Shown here in pieces: positions 28,478 through 37,147 of a stretch of DNA of 37,147 nucleotides (its first letter is position 1; each line of letters opens with the position of its first letter). The DNA comes from an uncultured Synergistales bacterium (lineage in GTDB: Bacteria; Synergistota; Synergistia; Synergistales; Aminobacteriaceae). Location: positions 1-37,147 of the forward strand of contig CALCQG010000129.1 of the NCBI GenBank assembly GCA_937897575.1, read 5' to 3'. The notes under the pieces were generated by a model that made no database searches, had not been told where the DNA came from, and was given only the letters and a program-made list of their open reading frames with translations. A program made the position numbers and the translations under genes.

Positions 28478-30451
28478 ATGAACACGGCAGCGACGAAAGA
28501 AAAGGTCTTCTACCTCACGACCCCCATCTACTATGTGAACGACGTCCCCCACATCGGGCACGCCTACACGACCATCGCGGCCGACGTGATGTGCCGGTAC
28601 AAGCGGATGCAGGGCTTCGACGTTTTCTTCCTCACCGGGACCGACGAGCACGGCCAGAAGATCCAGCAGAGCGCGGCGGCCAAGGGGCTCACCGCCCAGG
28701 AGCTGGCCGACCGCACGGTGCTGAACTTCAAGGACCTGTGGAAAGCCCTCAACATCGCCAACGACGACTTCATCCGCACCACCGAGGAGCGCCACGAGAA
28801 AACCGTGCAGGCCATCTTCAAGAAGCTCCTCGACCAGGGCGACATCTACAAGGGGACCTACGAGGGCTGGTACTGCGTGCCGTGCGAGACCTACGTTCCC
28901 GAGAGCAGCATCGGCGACGAGAAGATCTGCCCGGACTGCAAGCGCCCCCTTCAGGTCATGCAGGAGGAGAGCTACTTCTTCAGGGCGTCGAAGTACACGG
29001 ATCGGCTCCTGGAATACTACGAGAACAACCTGAAGGCCATCATGCCCCGCGCCCGCTATAACGAAATAGTCAGCTTCCTTCGCAGCGGAGTGCACGACCA
29101 GTCCATCTCCCGGACGACGCTCACCTGGGGCATCCCCGTCCCCGGAGACGACCGCCATGTGGTGTACGTCTGGTTCGACGCCCTGATCAACTACGCCACG
29201 GCCTGCGGCTACATCGACGATCCGGAGAAGTTCAGGAAATACTGGCCTCATGTCCATCACCTCATGGGCAAGGACATCATCCGCTTCCATTGCGTCATAT
29301 GGCCGATCATGCTTCTGGCGCTGGGCGTGACGCCCCCCGTCACGGTCTTCGCCCACGGGTGGTGGACCGTGGAGGGCGAGAAGATGTCCAAGTCGAAGGG
29401 GAACGTGGTCGACCCCTTCAAGATGGTGGAGCTCTACGGCCGGGACCCTTTCCGGTATTTTCTGCTCCGGGAGGTCCCCTTCGGGCTGGACGGCGATTTT
29501 TCCGAGGCGGCCCTGGTGGGGCGGATCAACTCCGACCTCGCGAACGACCTCGGGAATCTGCTGAACAGGACGCTCCAGATGATCGAGTCCTACTGCGGCG
29601 GAGTCGTGCCCGCGGCGGAACGCCAGGGTCCCCTCGAGGAGGAGATCGAAAAATTCGCCCTCGCCACCCTTCAGGACGTGGACGACAGGATGGCCGACTT
29701 CGCCTACGACGAGGCGCTGAAGACGATCTGGGCCTTTATCCGGCGGGGGAACAAGTACATCGATGAGACCATGCCCTGGAAACTGGGAAAGGAGGGCGCG
29801 TCGGAGGACCTGAACAGGGCCCTCAACACGCTCTACCGCATCTTGCACCTCAGCGCGCTGCTCATCGCCCCCTTTATGCCCGACACGGCCGTGACGTTCT
29901 GGCACCAGCTCGGATACGACGATGACCCTCAGGCCCGCGGGCTCGCCGGCTTTGATTGGGCGGCCGTCACCTCGGGGCAAAAGGTTCGGAAGGGAGCCGT
30001 CCTGTTCCCCCGCATCGACATGGCCGTCTGGAGAAAGGAGAAGGACGCCCGCGACGGTGCCAAAAAGGCACAGACGCCCCCTGTCGCCTCGCTCCCGGAG
30101 GACGACGATTCGAAGCACGAACCGCTCATTGACATCGACGCCTTCTCGACGTTGGAGCTCCGCGTCGCCCGGATTCTGGGCGCCTCGGAGATCGAAGGCT
30201 CGAAGAAGCTCTACAAGATCGCCATCGACCTCGGCTACGAAAAAAGGACCATCGTGTCGGGGCTGAAGGAGTACCGGTCCCCTGAAGAGCTCGTCGGCAA
30301 GAGGATCGTCGTCGTGACGAACCTGAAACCGGCCATCATCCGGGGTGTGGAGAGCAACGGCATGCTGCTCACGGCGGGAGATGGCAAGGAGGGGCGCTTG
30401 GCCCTGCTCACCCCCGACGAAGACGTCCCCCTGGGAAGCAGAGTGCGCTAG
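28478..30451 (+). CDS. metG: Methionine--tRNA ligase with C-terminal tRNA-binding OB domain
   Basis: TTPIYY, HIGH, GTDEHG, C..C..C..C knuckle, YVWFDAL, KMSKS, NLKPA..RG..S.GM. Confidence 0.99.
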   Translation: MNTAATKEKVFYLTTPIYYVNDVPHIGHAYTTIAADVMCRYKRMQGFDVFFLTGTDEHGQKIQQSAAAKGLTAQELADRTVLNFKDLWKALNIANDDFIRTTEERHEKTVQAIFKKLLDQGDIYKGTYEGWYCVPCETYVPESSIGDEKICPDCKRPLQVMQEESYFFRASKYTDRLLEYYENNLKAIMPRARYNEIVSFLRSGVHDQSISRTTLTWGIPVPGDDRHVVYVWFDALINYATACGYIDDPEKFRKYWPHVHHLMGKDIIRFHCVIWPIMLLALGVTPPVTVFAHGWWTVEGEKMSKSKGNVVDPFKMVELYGRDPFRYFLLREVPFGLDGDFSEAALVGRINSDLANDLGNLLNRTLQMIESYCGGVVPAAERQGPLEEEIEKFALATLQDVDDRMADFAYDEALKTIWAFIRRGNKYIDETMPWKLGKEGASEDLNRALNTLYRILHLSALLIAPFMPDTAVTFWHQLGYDDDPQARGLAGFDWAAVTSGQKVRKGAVLFPRIDMAVWRKEKDARDGAKKAQTPPVASLPEDDDSKHEPLIDIDAFSTLELRVARILGASEIEGSKKLYKIAIDLGYEKRTIVSGLKEYRSPEELVGKRIVVVTNLKPAIIRGVESNGMLLTAGDGKEGRLALLTPDEDVPLGSRVR

Positions 30452-30477
30452 AGGCCGGACTCGGACGAAGGTCCCGC

Positions 30478-30512
30478 AGGAGTTCCCGGCCGACCTCCGG
30501 GGACTCCTTTTT
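30478..30512 (+). terminator. Intrinsic terminator after metG
   Basis: AGGAGTTCCCGG-CCGACCT-CCGGGGACTCCT followed by T tract. Confidence 0.8.
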
Positions 30513-30544
30513 GCTTTGCAGATCACAAGAAACGGGAGAACACT

Positions 30545-33532
<2,988 letters not shown>

Positions 33533-33586
33533 ACACGGAGAGAAGCGCAGACATCAGGGCTTCCGCCGCGGATTGCACTCGTCCTC

Positions 33587-33615
33587 TTGTCAAAGCCCAC
33601 ATCCCTTGCTACAAT
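33587..33615 (+). promoter_or_regulatory. Sigma70-type promoter for tRNA-Leu
   Basis: TTGTCA-17 bp-TACAAT with TG extension, 18 bp before the tRNA. Confidence 0.75.
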
Positions 33616-33633
33616 TACGTCCGTACTTTTCAA

Positions 33634-33720
33634 GCCGGGGTGGCGGAATTGGTAGACGCGCTAGATTCAGGTTCTAGTGGGCTAACGCCTGTCGGGGTTC
33701 GAGTCCCCGCCTCGGCACCA
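33634..33720 (+). tRNA. tRNA-Leu (anticodon CAG)
   Basis: Acceptor GCCGGGG/CCTCGGC-A-CCA, anticodon arm CTAGA-TTCAGGT-TCTAG, long variable arm, T arm CGGGG-TTCGAGT-CCCCG. Confidence 0.97.
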
Positions 33721-33758
33721 TCGTTTTACGAACGCTCAGGGTTGTAGTAAAAAACTCG

Positions 33759-33799
33759 AAAGGGTTCTGCTGTGTCTGTTGACATAGCAGGCCCTTTTT
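33759..33799 (+). terminator. Intrinsic terminator after tRNA-Leu
   Basis: AAAGGGTTCTGCTGTGTC-TGTT-GACATAGCAGGCCCTTTTT long hairpin with T tract. Confidence 0.85.
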
Positions 33800-33807
33800 G
33801 TTATCTT
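33779..33807 (+). promoter_or_regulatory. Sigma70-type promoter for rpoB
   Basis: TTGACA(33779-33784)-17 bp-TATCTT(33802-33807) with TG extension, overlapping the tRNA terminator. Confidence 0.65.
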
Positions 33808-33860
33808 AACTATTTGCCGGTATCAATTCCCACTATCTTTTCAGGGAGGTCACAGAGCCC

Positions 33861-37147
<3,287 letters not shown>

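Noticed and set aside
33634..33760. tRNA-Leu as an occupied integration site
   Set aside because: No duplicated tRNA 3' end, integrase or foreign-looking DNA nearby.

Overview
High-GC bacterial chromosomal window of core housekeeping genes: about 31 CDS and one tRNA, all on the + strand, many coupled by overlapping stop/start codons. Order: S4/RqcP-like, eno, ridA, rex, yajC, secD, secF | lapA-like, recJ, rel (split near its 5' end by a +1 frameshift), dtd, MBL hydrolase, radC, mreBCD, mrdA, minCDE, rodA, radical SAM plus partner, RNase E/G, smc, tRNA methyltransferase, rsmI, metG | tatD, tgt, sua5 | tRNA-Leu(CAG) | rpoB (3'-truncated and absent from the ORF track). The Clostridia-like gene blocks in high-GC DNA suggest a Synergistota-type anaerobe (inference only). 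Bases 1-38 are an Illumina adapter. I see no mobile element, CRISPR array or defence island, and no clear new multi-gene system. The best leads are regulatory: a structured leader upstream of lapA-recJ-rel-dtd whose hairpin loop can pair with the Shine-Dalgarno (SD) region; the rel frameshift and its QxDD synthetase motif; a Rex-like operator over the first promoter; an rpoB promoter inside the tRNA terminator; and several gene-internal promoter candidates.
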